From NCBI GenBank assembly GCA_963575745.1, contig CAUYUJ010000258.1, forward strand, positions 1 through 64,000: 64,000 nt of DNA, written 5' to 3'. This DNA comes from Prorocentrum cordatum. Lineage: Eukaryota. Of this stretch, positions 24,773 through 37,692 are shown piece by piece; the stretch's first letter is position 1, and every line of letters begins with the position of its first letter. The notes beneath the pieces are model-generated. The model had not been told where the DNA came from and made no database searches. It saw nothing but the letters and a program-made list of their open reading frames with translations. Position numbers and translations under genes: made by a program.

Positions 24773-27227
24773 CGTCGGCGTCGTCGTCGCCGCCGTCGTC
24801 GTCGTCGCCTTCCTGCGCCCTTCGCCGCCCCCCCCCAGAACTGCCCCCTCCGGCGGCCTGCTCCGCGCCTCCCCCGCCATGGCGCGTGCGGCGCTACCAG
24901 CGCGCTGCCAGGCCCAGGGGCGCCGGGGAGGAGCTTCTGTAGCCTCGGGCGGGGGGCGTGTCGGCCGATGTCGTCGGGCTCCAGGCCCGACGCTCCAGAA
25001 AGCTGGAGGAGGAGGAGGAGGAGGAGGAGGAGGAGGAGGAGGAGGAGGAGGAGGAGGAGGAGGAGGAGGAGGAGGAGGCGGGTTTGGGGCCGTTCTCGGC
25101 CTCCAGGGGCCCTCGCCGCTCCTCGGGACCGTCGAGCAACGACTCGGGACGAGAGACCGGCCTCAGGGAAGTGGTGCGGACCTCCGGGGCCCACGCCTCG
25201 CAGAAGTTGGAGCGGCCAGATATCTGGGGGTTCTCACCCTGACCTTCCAGAGAGCTATTTTGTAGCACTGGAGACCCAAAAACCTAAAAACCTGAACGAA
25301 ACAGCCTAAAACCAAGACGTAGAATAGCTCTGGGATATGGTTTTATGTCGGGTGCTATTTTTTAGCCCTCCTGGAAGGTCAGGGCACCTGGACCCCCTCG
25401 CGTTGTGAAGAAATCACGACGGCAAGTGTTTCGCGATTTTTGGGCTCCGGGGGCCCTTCCCGGGCCTCGGGATCGTCAAAAAACGATTCAGGATGAGAAA
25501 CCGGTCCCCGGGGAATGGGTCGAGACCTCTGGGAGTCGACGTTATGAAAAAGTCATGACGTCGGGGGTCTGGGTTCTCAGGTGGCCCGCCATAGACAGGC
25601 GTGCTTCACAGGGGATCCTCCCTTTCGCGCAGCAGACTTTTGTCATGCACCTCGGAGGAGCCCTCCCACGCGCGAGGAAGTGGCAAGCAGCCAGACGCAC
25701 TGGCACGGCAGAGCGAAAGGATGTCACCGGCAGTGTCGTTGGTTCTCGAGGAGAGGTGCTTCGAGCTTCCATCGGGGGCGTCTCGGGCGATTTCGTCGAG
25801 CTCCGCGTTCCCAGGCGGTGTCGCTGGTTCTCGAAGGGGAGGAACTTCGAGCCTCCATCGGGGGCGCGTCGGGCGGTTTCGTCGGGCTCTGGGTTCCCAG
25901 GCGAGCTACGCGAAAAAAGGGGGTCGTCTGCGCCGACATCGGCGCGTAAGCTGCCCGCGTAAGGGGGTGTCCGGATCGTTGCGAACGGCCGCCGTAGACT
26001 CGAGTTATGACCTGGAAGCCGTTCGCCATAAAGGAAGCCCCTGAGATCTGACGTCTCGAAAGAATTGAAGCATCGAGAAGAATCACGACTGGAGCCCCAG
26101 GCCCCGTCGTTCTGCGCCATTTCTCGAGGCAGATCGATTTGTGAGGGCCCTGGGGCCTGAATCTGGGCGGAAACGCCCGGCTGTAAAAGAAATGGAGGCG
26201 CCAGCATCTCAGGGACGGGCTTTGAGGGAAACGGATCGTTAGGTTTTCAACCCGTTTTCGGGCTCTCGAGGCCCTCCGTGCAAGGGCCCATGGGACTGCC
26301 AGAAACGACTCAGGATGAAGAGTTCGCCTTGGGAGACAGGACCCGTTTCTTCATGCCGAGGCGTCCGTGAAGGGATGCGCCCAGGAGCCTCCAGACTCGG
26401 AGCCGGCTGGGGGTCTGAGGTGGCCCAAGGGCCCAGCACTAGTTCCAACCAGCCGGGGGGGGGGGGCGGGATGTTCGAAGTTCTGGGGCCTGGAATACTT
26501 TCAGCCCTTTGTGGCCAGGCTGCACCATATGGATCCTGGGAGGGGCCCGGTCCGGGGATCGATTTTGAGAGGATTTGATTCCGACCTCCTTCCTGACATG
26601 TTGTTTGGTCCCAACAAGTTCGTACCCCCTGGCCGCCTCCAACTCCAGACCCTGAATGATTCCTCATGTGAAGAGGGCGGCGGTGATATCCATGGCCAAG
26701 CCTCAGTTGGTGTTCCACAGGTTTCCAGACCCTAGATCCCCTATCCAGTGGTTTCTTATCTACTGCCCTTACCGTAATGCTTCGGGTTGTGCGCAGACAG
26801 CCCCTCAAAGTAGCCCCAGCTGGACTCGACGGACTCCTCGAGTAGTCCAGGGCGGTCTCAACACCCTGGCGCCGCCTCTGGTGACGCCCCGCAGTACTCG
26901 GGGGCCCTTCGAGGTCAGCCGGGACTACGTTGGGGGGCTTTTTGTGCACAGCCTGAGGTATCACCAACAACCATGACCAAGATGTCGCGGGATCTTTTAG
27001 ACGCCGGTTTTGGTCTTGGTCCCTGCGGGATGCCGCAGATTTGCGAGATCGTTGCACGAATTGACGGTAGCCAAGATGGACGATGACCAAGATCGACACC
27101 GACGTTTCCACGTTCAGTCTTGGACATTGTCCTCGTTTTCTGTCCGTCCGCTACGAATTACGAACATCGCAGTTCTTGTTTCTCTTTGCCTCTGGAGGTA
27201 GGGAGGTAGGGAGGGAGGAAAGGAGGG

Positions 27228-27559
27228 GGATGATGCTGATGATGATGATGATGCTGATGCTGATGATAATATGATGCTGCTGCTGATGATGATGATGATG
27301 ATGATGATGCTACTGCTGATGATGATGATTATGCTGATGATTATGATGACGATGTTAACGATGATGATAATGATGATGATGATGCTGATGATGATGATGA
27401 TGATGATCATGATGATGACGATGATGATGATGATGCTGCTGATGATGATCATCATGAGGAGGATGAGCAGGAGCAGGAGGAGGAGGAGGAGGAGGAGTTG
27501 GAGGAGGAGGAGGAGGGATGCGGAGGAGGAGGAGGAGGAAGAGGAGGAGGAGGAGGAGG
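27228..27559. repeat. (GAT)n then (GAG)n microsatellite directly 5' of the spliced leader
   Basis: Direct inspection. Confidence 0.9.
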
Positions 27560-27560
27560 C

Positions 27561-27596
27561 CCGTAGCCATTTTGGCTCAAGCCATTTTGGCTCAAG
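27561..27596 (+). other. Dinoflagellate spliced-leader sequence plus tandem relict SL, integrated in DNA
   Basis: CCGTAGCCATTTTGGCTCAAG (27561-27581; DinoSL is DCCGTAGCCATTTTGGCTCAAG) immediately followed by CCATTTTGGCTCAAG (27582-27596). Confidence 0.95.
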
Positions 27597-30500
27597 TTCA
27601 AACCATCGCCCTGTGGCTTGAGCTTGATTGCAGCCGAGGGGCCGGCTCGAACGACTTCAGGAGCGAGCGATCCACATTTCAGCCGTCAGGGCGTGGTGTG
27701 TTGTGTGCCGCTGCTGCGGGAGCTTACTACCAGGTAGTGAATCGAGCGATGAGCGCACATGGTCAACTACCGAAGTCCGAAGATGAGCGACTCGCATTGG
27801 CACCCCGACTTTCCCTTCGCAGCATGGTCCAGGGCCTGCTGGTACTGGTGCTATCGAGTCCCCGCCTCGTGAGCATGAAGGTCGCGGACGCTGGCGTGAT
27901 GCAGGACATGATGAGAGTGAGGCGAATCGCTGCAGTCGGTCAAGAAGCTCTGAATTCTGGGAGCCCGAAGGAGATCTCAAAGCATACATCGACAGCACGT
28001 GCAGTGAGCTCCTGCAGTGGATCAGTGTCATCCAGACGTCAGCTGGCCAGCTGGCAAACACGGTCCAGACCGCATGCGCACGCCTCTCGGCACAAATGGA
28101 GAACAGGCTTGCGAGAGTGGAGTTGTAGCAGAAGAAGACGGACGCGAAGGGCGGCGATATTGCAGACAAGGTCAAGCGGCTGGAACAGATACTAGGTCTC
28201 ATGCAGCAGGAAAATCCTGCCGTGGTGGAGGGGGCTGCCAATCTTTCTTTCGACCGTGCGCCCGACCCCACCATCCTGGTCTTCCGCCCGAAGAACTACT
28301 CGAGCAGGCAGGCAGTCAGTACAATAATCGGTGGTCAACCCGATTTTGCAGAATAATAGCACTGCATTGTCAGAAGCAGCTCTCGAAGGAGAGCCAGCTG
28401 GCAAGCGTTTTGCCCTTCGTATGCACGGCAGCTCCCCCTACGGTGCACGCAGGATCAGCCAAGTCAGTGGCAGTTTCAAGGTCAGTGCCTCAGAATGGCC
28501 GCGTTTCTAGAATGTCGACGCCACGGGTGCCACATGCGAGTGCTACGTTCCGCCCGGCAAGTCTTGGGCACAGGTGAAGGGGGATATCATCTCGAAGCAA
28601 ATCCGCCCGGTCCTCACGGAGATGTGCCCAGACCGCCAAGTCCACATCAACAAGATCAAGTGCAAGGTGTCGCTGCGGTGGAAGCCCCTGGTCATGGGCA
28701 TCCCCGAGCCTGGCGATGAGGTGCCCGCTATCGAGTACGCAATGGCGAACCTCGCGTCGTTCGGCTTCGACAGGGCAGCGGTCGAGCAGCGCATCCCAGA
28801 AACCATCAGACCTCCTGAGCCTGTTTCGTGGCGTGTTGAACCCGCTCTTCGCGGTGTGTGGACCAGTTCCTCCTCCACTTCTTCCGTTTCGGTGGCGCCC
28901 TGGAACGCACAGGCGATGTCCCACCATGGGCCACAGAGGAGGACCAGGAACATCCAATATCTTGAGTCCCTGTTGAAACCAGGATCGGCTTTGGGGGCCC
29001 AGGAATCCCATGGTTCCGAGGCTGAAATTCGAGACCGATTTCGCCTGCATCCTCCTGTCCAAGCTGGGTTCTCACTCTCCCCTCCCTCGCCTCACCCTTC
29101 CGGCGGAGTGATCGCGTTTCTGCCAGATTTTGAGAAGACCCACGGCTGTCGAGATTTGCCAGTCGTGGAATCAGTAGAATGGTTGATGGGCCGTGAGCTG
29201 AATGCTCGAATGTTGTTCCCGTCGGGGGTCTGGGTCTCCCACTTCAACATTCACAACCATGGACTCTCCGCAGGTCAGAGGAGGACCATCATCGAGGCTA
29301 TCTCCAGGGGCATCTCGAAGGCCTCCGTGGATCCGACTAAAGGCTTCGTCTTCGTAGGCGGCGACTTCAACTTCTCCGACGAGTCCCCGAAGCTGCCGCG
29401 GGATCTCTCGCCTCGTACCCCCCAGCTTCACGGCGGTTCCCTGTCGGCTCCTGATGGCCCCCTTCATGTCCCCGCTCGTGCGCCCCCTCGTTCAGGAGGC
29501 CCCTGGAAGAATGTCTTAGAACTCGTAGTAACGACCGGCGTTGGTGGCCCAGCCCACTTCTGTGCAGCACAGGGGGCCCTCGGGAAGCTGGGTCGGCGAT
29601 TTAGCTTTGCGCCTGGCTGGTGCATCGCCCAGAAGTGCACATGGCGCCCGTGTGCACGGGTTTCCCGTGGGGCTGCGTCGCACGAGAATCTCCGACCATG
29701 CCGCCATTGGCGCCGCTTGTGGCGCCGCCCGGGTTCCAGATCAGCCGCGTGAGCAACGCGTCCAAAAGTCTATGTGTGAACGACCTGAGTACAATACATT
29801 AATTCATGACGCACTGTGTGAAGTCGACGACTCGGACCCGGCCCCCTCACTTCACGATTGAGCCCCACAAGGACCTTATTCATGAAGCAGCGCGGTATGC
29901 CATGCACGCTATATTTGGAGGTAAACGTTAGGATCCGTTGTCGCGACACCTTGCATGTCGCGCAATAGCTTTGGCAGCTTGGCACCGAGACGTGGCCCTT
30001 GCAGCTGAGATCATATGTTCGCGCCCCTTTGGCAATCAGTCTTTGAAGACGGATGCGCTCGAGCACGAGGTGGAGGTCATTGGCCGCACTGGTTTCAAGG
30101 CGGCCTCCGACGAGGCGAACATGGCGATGTTCAGCGCGGCCGAAGCCGAAGCCAGGAGACAACTCCAGGAATCATCCCTTCCAGAGGTTGCCGGGGCCAA
30201 GCAGGCTGGGATACTGCCCAGTCTTCAGGTTCGGTGCAGGTCATGGTTTCCACTTGGTCGAAAGCTGCCTCTCCTGGGACTTCGCGCTTGGCCAGGCCGA
30301 GCCGTTTCCGACCTCGACAGCGCTTTCCAGGGACTGGCTAGGCATTGGGGTCCAGTTTTCTCCAAGAAGGAGGTCGACCAAACCGCCGCCTTCGAGCGTG
30401 CCGAGCGGTTTCAACCAGCAGTTGATCTTTCAGGGTTGCCGCCGTTGACCGAGCGCGACATCGAACGTTGTCTGGATGAGGTCAGTCCGGGCGCCCCCGG

Positions 30501-31440
30501 ACCCGGCGAGCTCCCGCGTGGCTCTTGGGAAGACCACCCCGAGGGCACCGAAATTCTCGCTGAGATGCTCGACTGGGCGCTGGACGGCGCCCCCCCTGTT
30601 TTTGGCTTCAACAAATTGACAGAGGGCCTTCTTGGTCAAGGGCGAGGAGCCCGAGGGCGCGGAGAAAGCGGTCCGCGACCCGAGTGGCGCCAGGCCCGTA
30701 GGCGCGACAAATCACGGATTGTGAGATCTTGACCTCGGTGCGCGTGGAACCAGTTGCGCGTTCCCTTCCAAACTTTGTCCGTCGGTCCCAGCGCGGATTC
30801 GTTCCGCTCCGTAACTACGGGGGCAACGTCGTAGAGTTTGACGCCAGTGCTCGGGTCGCAAGTGCGCTTCCAGATCTCCAGCGGCGCATGCCAGCCCTGC
30901 TGGCCTTCGACTTCGGCCGGGCTTTTCCGTTTATCTCGCAGGGGCGGGTCTTCCTGATGCTGCGCGGGCTTAGCCTTCCTCCGCCCCTGTGCGAGTTTCT
31001 GTTTATGATTTGCTCGGGCGTGTCTTGTTGGGGTCGAATGGGGCCAGCTGCGTTCTTCGCAGTGTGAACCGAGGCAGGTGTGGTGCAGGGATGTCCCGCC
31101 AGTGGCGCCCTCTACGCCGTCGCGCCCCGCCCGTTCGCGGCCCATTTCGATGTGCCCCTGGAGAAACGAGCAAAAGGCCTCGCGAGACTGCGTGCTGATG
31201 TAGGGAGCGTGATCTTCGACATTAGAGCCTTGAGACAGCTTTGTGCGTTTCTTTGTAGTCGGGCGTTGAAGCGGGTGGCCAATCTGGGGCTGAAGCTCGC
31301 AAAGTGTAAGATCATCCCCGCTGTCGGCGCGTGCTCAGATGATGCTTTAGTCAGGTATTCTGTAATCTTGGATTCGGACAAGCGTGCCCGCCTAGAGTGA
31401 TTTTCCAGTTGTGCCTAAGCTCTTGTATCTCTGATTTTTT

Positions 31441-32586
31441 CCCGGAAAGGGCCTGAGCCCAGGGTTCTCTTTTAGTGGGTAAACCTGTCCCCCGGTGCCA
31501 ACTTGAAGGAGGCCGGCGAATTTTTTCCCTGATAAATAACGAGGTCGAAGGAGGCCGGCGAATTAAAATTTGAGGATGTCTCGAGCGAAACGCTTGTTTT
31601 TCAGAATTTGTTGAGGATGTCTCGAGCGAAACGTTGGTTTTGCAGAGTTGGGGATGTCTCGAGCGAAACGCTTGCTCCGCAGAGTTTGCCGAGGATGTCT
31701 CGAGCGAAACGCTTGTTTTGCAGAGCCGACCGCGACGCGGAAAAGCGCCCCGCGCGAAGGAATTTCGATGATGTCTCGACTAATTCGTTTGCTTTTGTAC
31801 GATTTCCTGGAATTTTGGCAGGATGTCTCGAGCGAAATGCACGACCCCACCCTAGCACGACCACACCCCAGCACGACCACACCCCAGCACGACCACACCC
31901 CAGCACGACCACACCCCAGCACGACCACACCCCAGCACGACCACACCGCACGACCCCAGCACGACCCCACCCTAGCACGACCCACACCCCAGCACGACCA
32001 CACCCCAGCACGACCACACCCCAGCACGACCACACCCCAGCACGACCCGACCAGCACGCACCCCCACCCCAGCAAGACCACACCCCAGCACGACCACACC
32101 CCAGCACGACCTCACCACAGCACGACCACACCCCAGCACGACCACGCCCCAGCACGACCACGCCCCAGCACGACCACGCCCCAGCACGACCACCCCCAGC
32201 ACGACCACCCCCCTAGCACGACCACCCCCCAGCACGACCACCCCCCAGCACGACCACACCCCAGCACGACCACACCCCAACACGACCATACTCCAGCACG
32301 ACCACACCCCAGCACGACCACACCCAGTCGCACCCCCGTGGAATGTTTCGTGGGGTGTCTGGTTGAGTGGTTGCCTGTTCGTGGGGTGTCTCGTGGAATG
32401 TTTCACGGGGTGTCTCGTGGAATGTTTCGTGAGGTGTCTCGGGGGTTGTTTCGTGAGGTGTCTCCTGGGATGTTTCGCGGGGTGTCTCGTGGGATGTTTC
32501 GTGAGGTGTCGCCCAGTTGGATATCGTGAAAACGTGACCATGCTGCACATGTCTATATCCCTTTCCGGGTTCGTGGGTCCATCATG
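31441..32586 (+). mobile_element. Non-autonomous Helentron-like (HINE/DINE-1-type) element, copy 1
   Basis: Inverted repeats CCCGGAAAGGG (31441-31451) / CCCTTTCCGGG (32559-32569), short 3' palindrome ending CATG, T-run flanks, internal tandem repeats. Splits the LINE RT. Ends shared with 34186-35701. Confidence 0.68.
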
Positions 32587-33011
32587 TTTGGGGTCCCGTG
32601 GCTTCCCCCTCGCCCTGCGATGCTCCTGTCGCGAAATGGGCCTGTCGGGCCAGTCTGAGCTCAAGCGCCGGCGCTCCGTCAGCTGTTGCTGCGGCGATGT
32701 ATGATAGCCGTGCTCTGTCCAGTTTGGGGCATGTTGTTCAGTTTTCTTCGGGTCCGAAAGCGGTGCTTCCTAAGGAACGCGCCATCTTCGCAGCGCTGTT
32801 TAAGATGCCCCATTGCGCCCTGTCCCGTCGCCTTCTTTTCGATCGAGAGCTGGGGCGACCCTCGACTCCGAAGCTTCAGTGCTCTTGGTCTTGCGTCGCT
32901 AATTCGAGCGTTTCTAAGGACATTCACAGCCTGGCGTGCGCGCCATGATGCGAACATGTCATCTCAGCCTTCGAGACAGTGAAGCCCGTCGCAGATGCCC
33001 CGGGTTCTGGG

Positions 33012-33685
33012 AGAGTAGTGAGTAGTGAGGAGGGAGTACGGAGTAGGGAGTAGTGAGCAGTGAGTAGTAAGAAGTGGGTAGCGAATAGTGGGTAGTGGGT
33101 AGCGATTGGTGAGTAGTGGGTAGAGTGACTAGTGACTAGTGACTAGTCAGTTGTGATTAGTGACTAGAGACTATGTAGTGATTAGTGAATAGGGAGTAGT
33201 ACGTAGTGACTAGTGAATAGTGAGTAGCGGGAAGTGAGTAGTGAGTATTGAGTAGCGATTATGGGAGTAGCGAGTAGTGAGTACTGAGTACTGTGTAGTC
33301 AGTATTGTGTAGGGAGTAGGGAGTAGCGAGTAGCGAGTAGTGGGTAGTGAGTAGTGCTTTGTGGGCAATGAATAGTTCGTAGTGAGTAGTGAGTAGTGGA
33401 TAGAGGGTAGTGGGTAATGAGTGGTGGTTAGTGAGTAGTGAGTAGTGAGTAGTGAGTAGTGCTTAGTGAGTAGTGAGTAGTGAGTAGTGGGTAGAGTGAG
33501 TACTGAGTAGTGAGTAGGGAGGAGGGAGTAGTGAGTAGGGAGTAGTGAGTAGCGAGTAGTGGGTGGTGGGTAGTGGGTAGTGGATCGTGAGTAGGGAGTC
33601 GTGAGTAGTGAGTAGGGGGTAGTGAGAAGTGAGTAGCGAATAGCGAGTAGTCAGTACTGGGTAGTAAGTAATAAGTAGTGAGTGC
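33012..33685. repeat. Degenerate 7-bp satellite (GAGTAGT)n
   Basis: Direct inspection. Confidence 0.9.
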
Positions 33686-33961
33686 TCTTTGGCGCTGGGG
33701 TTAGTGGTTGGGGTTAGGATTAGGGGTCTAGGTTAGGGTGAGGACTAGGGGTAGGGGTGGGGGGGGTCGGGTTCCGGAGTCACGGGGCGGCGTGGCGAAA
33801 GGGGGGGAGGGGGGCGGGTTCCCCGACGACTGATCGGGGAAAGGGAGGGAGGTGGGGGGGGGGGGTCCCCGACGACGGATCGGGGAAGGGGGGGAGGGGG
33901 GGGGGGTCCTAACCTCCCCCCCCCCCTCTTGGGGAGATCCAGCGGCGCACCCTCCTGCTGC

Positions 33962-34023
<62 letters not shown>

Positions 34024-34185
34024 TGCATGGCAATGGTGATTTTGACGATGGCCCACAGATGGTGATGCTGATGATGATGGTGGTGGTGATGATGATGATG
34101 CTGATGATGCCAATGATGCTGATGCTGGTGATGATAATCCGATGATGCTGATGATGCTGCTGATGATTGTAATGCTGGCCTTTTT

Positions 34186-35701
34186 CCCGGAAAGGGCCTG
34201 AGCCCAGGGTTCTCTTTTAGTTGGTTTCCCCCCGGTTTCGACGGCTGTAGGGCCGGCGAATTTCTTTTGCGATAAATAACGAGGTCGCGTAGGGCCGGCG
34301 AATTGAAATTTGAGGATGTCTCGAGCGAAACGGCTGTTTTTCAGAATTTGTTGAGGATGTCTCGAGCGAAACCCTTGTTTTGTGTTATAGATTGTTTTTT
34401 CCTGGGGACATGATTTCTGAGGATCTCTCAAGTGGATTGCTTGTTTTCACGTGCCCAGGTCTTGAGGATGTCTCGAGCGAGACGCTTGGTTTCACGCCTC
34501 CAGGTGGCCCAGACAGATGTCTAGCATGAGGATTTGTTGAGGATGTCTCGAACCAGAGGCTTGTTTTCACGTGTCCAGGTCGCCCAGGCGGATGTCTAGC
34601 ATGAGCATTTGTTGAGGATGTCTCGAGCGAGACGCTTGTTTGCACGTGTCCAGGTTGCCCAGGCGGATGTCTAGCATGAGGATGTGCTGACAACGTCTTG
34701 AGCGAAACGCGTGTTTTCACGTGTCCAGGTCGCCCAGGCACATCACAGCCCTCGGCACGGTACATCAATATCGATACCCTTAGCATTGCAGCCTGGCATG
34801 TTGCCTGGCACGTTCCGCGGAGCGTCCCGTGGCGAGTCCCCCTGGCACGTCGCGCGGTGCACGTCCATTGGCACGTTCCGTAGCGCGTCCCCTTGGCACG
34901 TCCCGCGGTGCGTCCCCATGGGCACGTCCCCTGGCACGTCGCCTGGCGCGTCCCTTGGGACGTTCCGCGGCGCGTCCTCCTGGCATGTTCCCTCTGTGTA
35001 GTTCTGGGGCAGCTACCATCTGCTCAGGCAGCTCGAGCTTACGATCCAGATCAGTTCAGTGAGGACTCGGATGCCAGGGAGGACTCGATTTACAAGGCTA
35101 TATGGAGCACAATTGCGGCATGGCACATCGCAGTTCAGCACGGCCCAGCACAGCACAGCCGTCGGCACGGTACATCAAGATCGATACACTCAACTATGCA
35201 CCTTGGCGCGGCGCGTTCCGTGGCGAGTCCACCTGGCACGTCGCGCGGCGCGTCCCCTGGCACGTCCCTCGGCACGTCCATTGGCACGTTCCGTAGCGCG
35301 TCCCCTTGGCACGTCCCGCGGTGCGTCCCCATGGCACGTCCCCTGGCACGTCGCCTGGCGCGTCCCTTGGGACGTTCCGCGGCGCGTCCTCCTGGCATGT
35401 TCCCTCTGTCGATTAGTTCTGGGGCAGCTACCATCTGTTCAGGCAGCTGGAGCTTACGCTCCAGATCAGTTCGGTGAGGATTCGGATGCCAGGGAGGACT
35501 CGATCCACAACGCTATATAGAGCACAATCGCGGCATGGCACATCGCAGTTCAGCACGGCGTAGCACAGCACAGCCCTCGGCACAGTACATCATCATCGAT
35601 ACATTCAGCATTGCATGTGCCCGTCGCCCAATCAGGTGTCTTTGAAATGTTGCAATGCCTTACATTTCTATATTCCTTTCCGGGTTCGTGGGTCGATCAT
35701 G
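34186..35701 (+). mobile_element. Non-autonomous Helentron-like (HINE/DINE-1-type) element, copy 2
   Basis: Same 5' ~200 bp as 31441 (CCCGGAAAGGGCCTGAGCCCAGGGTTCTCTTTTAG...) and same 3' end CCTTTCCGGGTTCGTGGGTCGATCATG. Between T-runs inside a (GAT)n tract. Internal ~415-bp duplication at 34745-35610. Confidence 0.68.
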
Positions 35702-35777
35702 TTTTTGGTGATGTGGATGATGATGATGGTGATGATAATGGTGAGCCCGTGAGCCCTCACATCCTGAAACTTGGAAG

Positions 35778-36145
35778 TCCTTAAACCCTTAAGCCCTGAA
35801 TACCGGAAATCCTAAACCCCTTAAGCCATTAAGCCCTTAAACCCTTGAAGGCCTTAAGCCTTCAAGCACCTAAACCCTTAACCCGTTTAAACCCTTGAGC
35901 CCTGACATTCCTACGCCATTAAGTTCAGAAGCCCTACACTTCTTGAGGCATTTAAGGCCTTAAACCCTGAAGCACCCAAACCCTTAATCCTTTAAGCCTT
36001 TGAGCGCTTAAACCCTTGAGCCCTTAGGCCAAAAATCTTTTGAACGCTGAAACTTGAAAGTAAACCCTTACACCCTTAAGCCCTTAACCCCTTAGCCCCT
36101 TAAATCCTGAAACGCTAAAACTCTCAAACCCTTCAACCCTGAAAC
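35778..36145. repeat. Degenerate telomere-like repeat (CCCTTAAA/CCCTTAAG)n
   Basis: Repeated AAACCCTT/AAGCCCTT units resembling (CCCTAAA)n. Confidence 0.6.
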
Positions 36146-37519
36146 TTTCAATCCCCGGACAAACCTGGTACAAACTCTAACCTGGGTAATCATGCTAGTT
36201 TTTGGAATACATGTGCAGACATAAGCAGATTATTTGGTTTTGGGATCTTCTAACATCGCCTCACGATTTTCATCATACAGTGACGTTATCAATCGCTTCG
36301 CTCATTCCGCTGGCCCTGGAGAGCTATTTGGGGCCTCTTGGCGCCGTCTTGGGGGCCTCTCGGGGGCTTCTTGGGGGCGTCTTGGGGCTCCTTGGCGGCG
36401 TCTTGGGCTTCCCTGGGGCCTCTTAGTGGGGCTCTTGGGGCCTCTTTGAGCGGGATTGGGAGTAGTCGATTGCAGCCACCCCCTCGGAGGCCACGATCCT
36501 CGTGAGGGGTGGCGAAAAATAGCCTCCCCCCTGGGGATCGCCTGGGACCCGGCCGGGGGTCAGCCGGAGTACTTTTCGTCCGGGGGCCCCCAGGGGCCGC
36601 CCCGCGCGCGCGAACTAGACACATTGTTGAGTAGTTACCGGAGATCTTAGCACGCCTCTGGCCCGTTGGGCCGGCGAATTTGGCCGGTTGGAATTCGTAC
36701 CAGTTTGTTTTTTCGAGCCAGTTGGAACATGTACCAGTTGGTTGGGATTAGTCCCAGTCGGTTGGAATTCGTACCGCATGCGGGATACCCCCCCCCAACA
36801 CGAGCAGGGGAAGGATGGGGAGAGAAGGCACAACTCGTTACAGCACCTACGCCCTAAAGGGCTGGTGGGATTTGTGTTCGCGCTTCGCTGTGTCCGAATC
36901 CTTTTCTAAAGTCATCCGAAGAACGCATCAGCCTCAATGTTTGTGTATGGCCGACGTCCAAGAAGGAGGAGGAGGAGGAGAAAGAGGAGGAGGAAGAGGA
37001 GGAGGAGGAGGACGAGGAGGGGGAGGAGGAGAAGGAGGAGGCGGAGGAGGTGGAGGGTAAGTGGGAGGTAGTCCAGAATAAGCTCGCCCTCTCCCTTCCC
37101 TGTCCTCCGCTTGCCCGCCTCTGTCACCACCCCCCGTGGCACTCGCTTTCTCGAAGGCCCGCCGGTGAGGAGGAGGAGGAGGAGGAGGAGGAGGAAGAGA
37201 AGGAAGAACAGGAGGAGGAGAAGGAAGAGGAGGAGGAGTAGGAGGAGGAGGAGGAGGGGGTGGAGGAGGAGGAGGAGGAGGACGAGGAGGAGGAGCAGGA
37301 GCAGGAGCAGGAGGTGGAGGGGGTGGGGAGGAGGCGGAGCAGAGCCGCGGAGGATCTAAGACGCGGGATCGGTCGTCGCATCCCCGCCTTCTGCCTCCGC
37401 CGCTGCCCCCCCTCCCCCGCGAAGGCGAGGCGCGCGCTGCCAGTGCTCCTGGCAGGACGCTTGCTTGTGGTGGGTGGGGGGGAATCATGGTCAGCTCTTT
37501 TTCTGGCCTGCTCCCGCTC

Positions 37520-37659
37520 TGTGTGTGTGTGTGTCTTGGTATGAGTGTGTAGGTGTGTGTGTATGTGTGTGTGTGTGTCTGTAGGCGTGTGTTTGTGTGT
37601 GTGGGTGCGTGTGTGCGTGCGAGCGTGCGTGCGCGCGCGTGCGTGCGTGCGTGCGTGTG

Positions 37660-37692
<33 letters not shown>

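Larger units (their letters stand above)
27561..32985 (+). mobile_element. Degenerate non-LTR retrotransposon (LINE; ORF1 + APE endonuclease + RT), interrupted by an insertion at 31441-32586
   Basis: APE motifs PWNAQA, LGAQESHG, VGGDFNF, SDHAAI (28890-29710). RT motifs APGPG, SQRGFVPLR, LLAFDFGRAFP, GVVQGCPASGALY, GLKLAKCKII (30490-31430). RT C-terminal-like text resumes at ~32590. Many stops and frameshifts. 3' end approximate. Confidence 0.85.

Noticed and set aside
27561..27640. Possible SL RNA gene
   Set aside because: The SL is not followed by a GT donor and SL intron, but by a relict SL and retroelement sequence, so it is a retroposed trans-spliced 5' end.
31570..31840. GAGGATGTCTCGAGCGAAAC repeats with variable gaps (also 34312-34720), CRISPR-like
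   Set aside because: Gaps are short, uneven and related to one another; the repeats are internal tandem units of the HINE-like element.
35778..36145. True telomere or chromosome fusion site (with TTAGGG-like 33698-33760)
   Set aside because: Units are highly degenerate and mostly 8 bp, not clean (TTTAGGG)n arrays.
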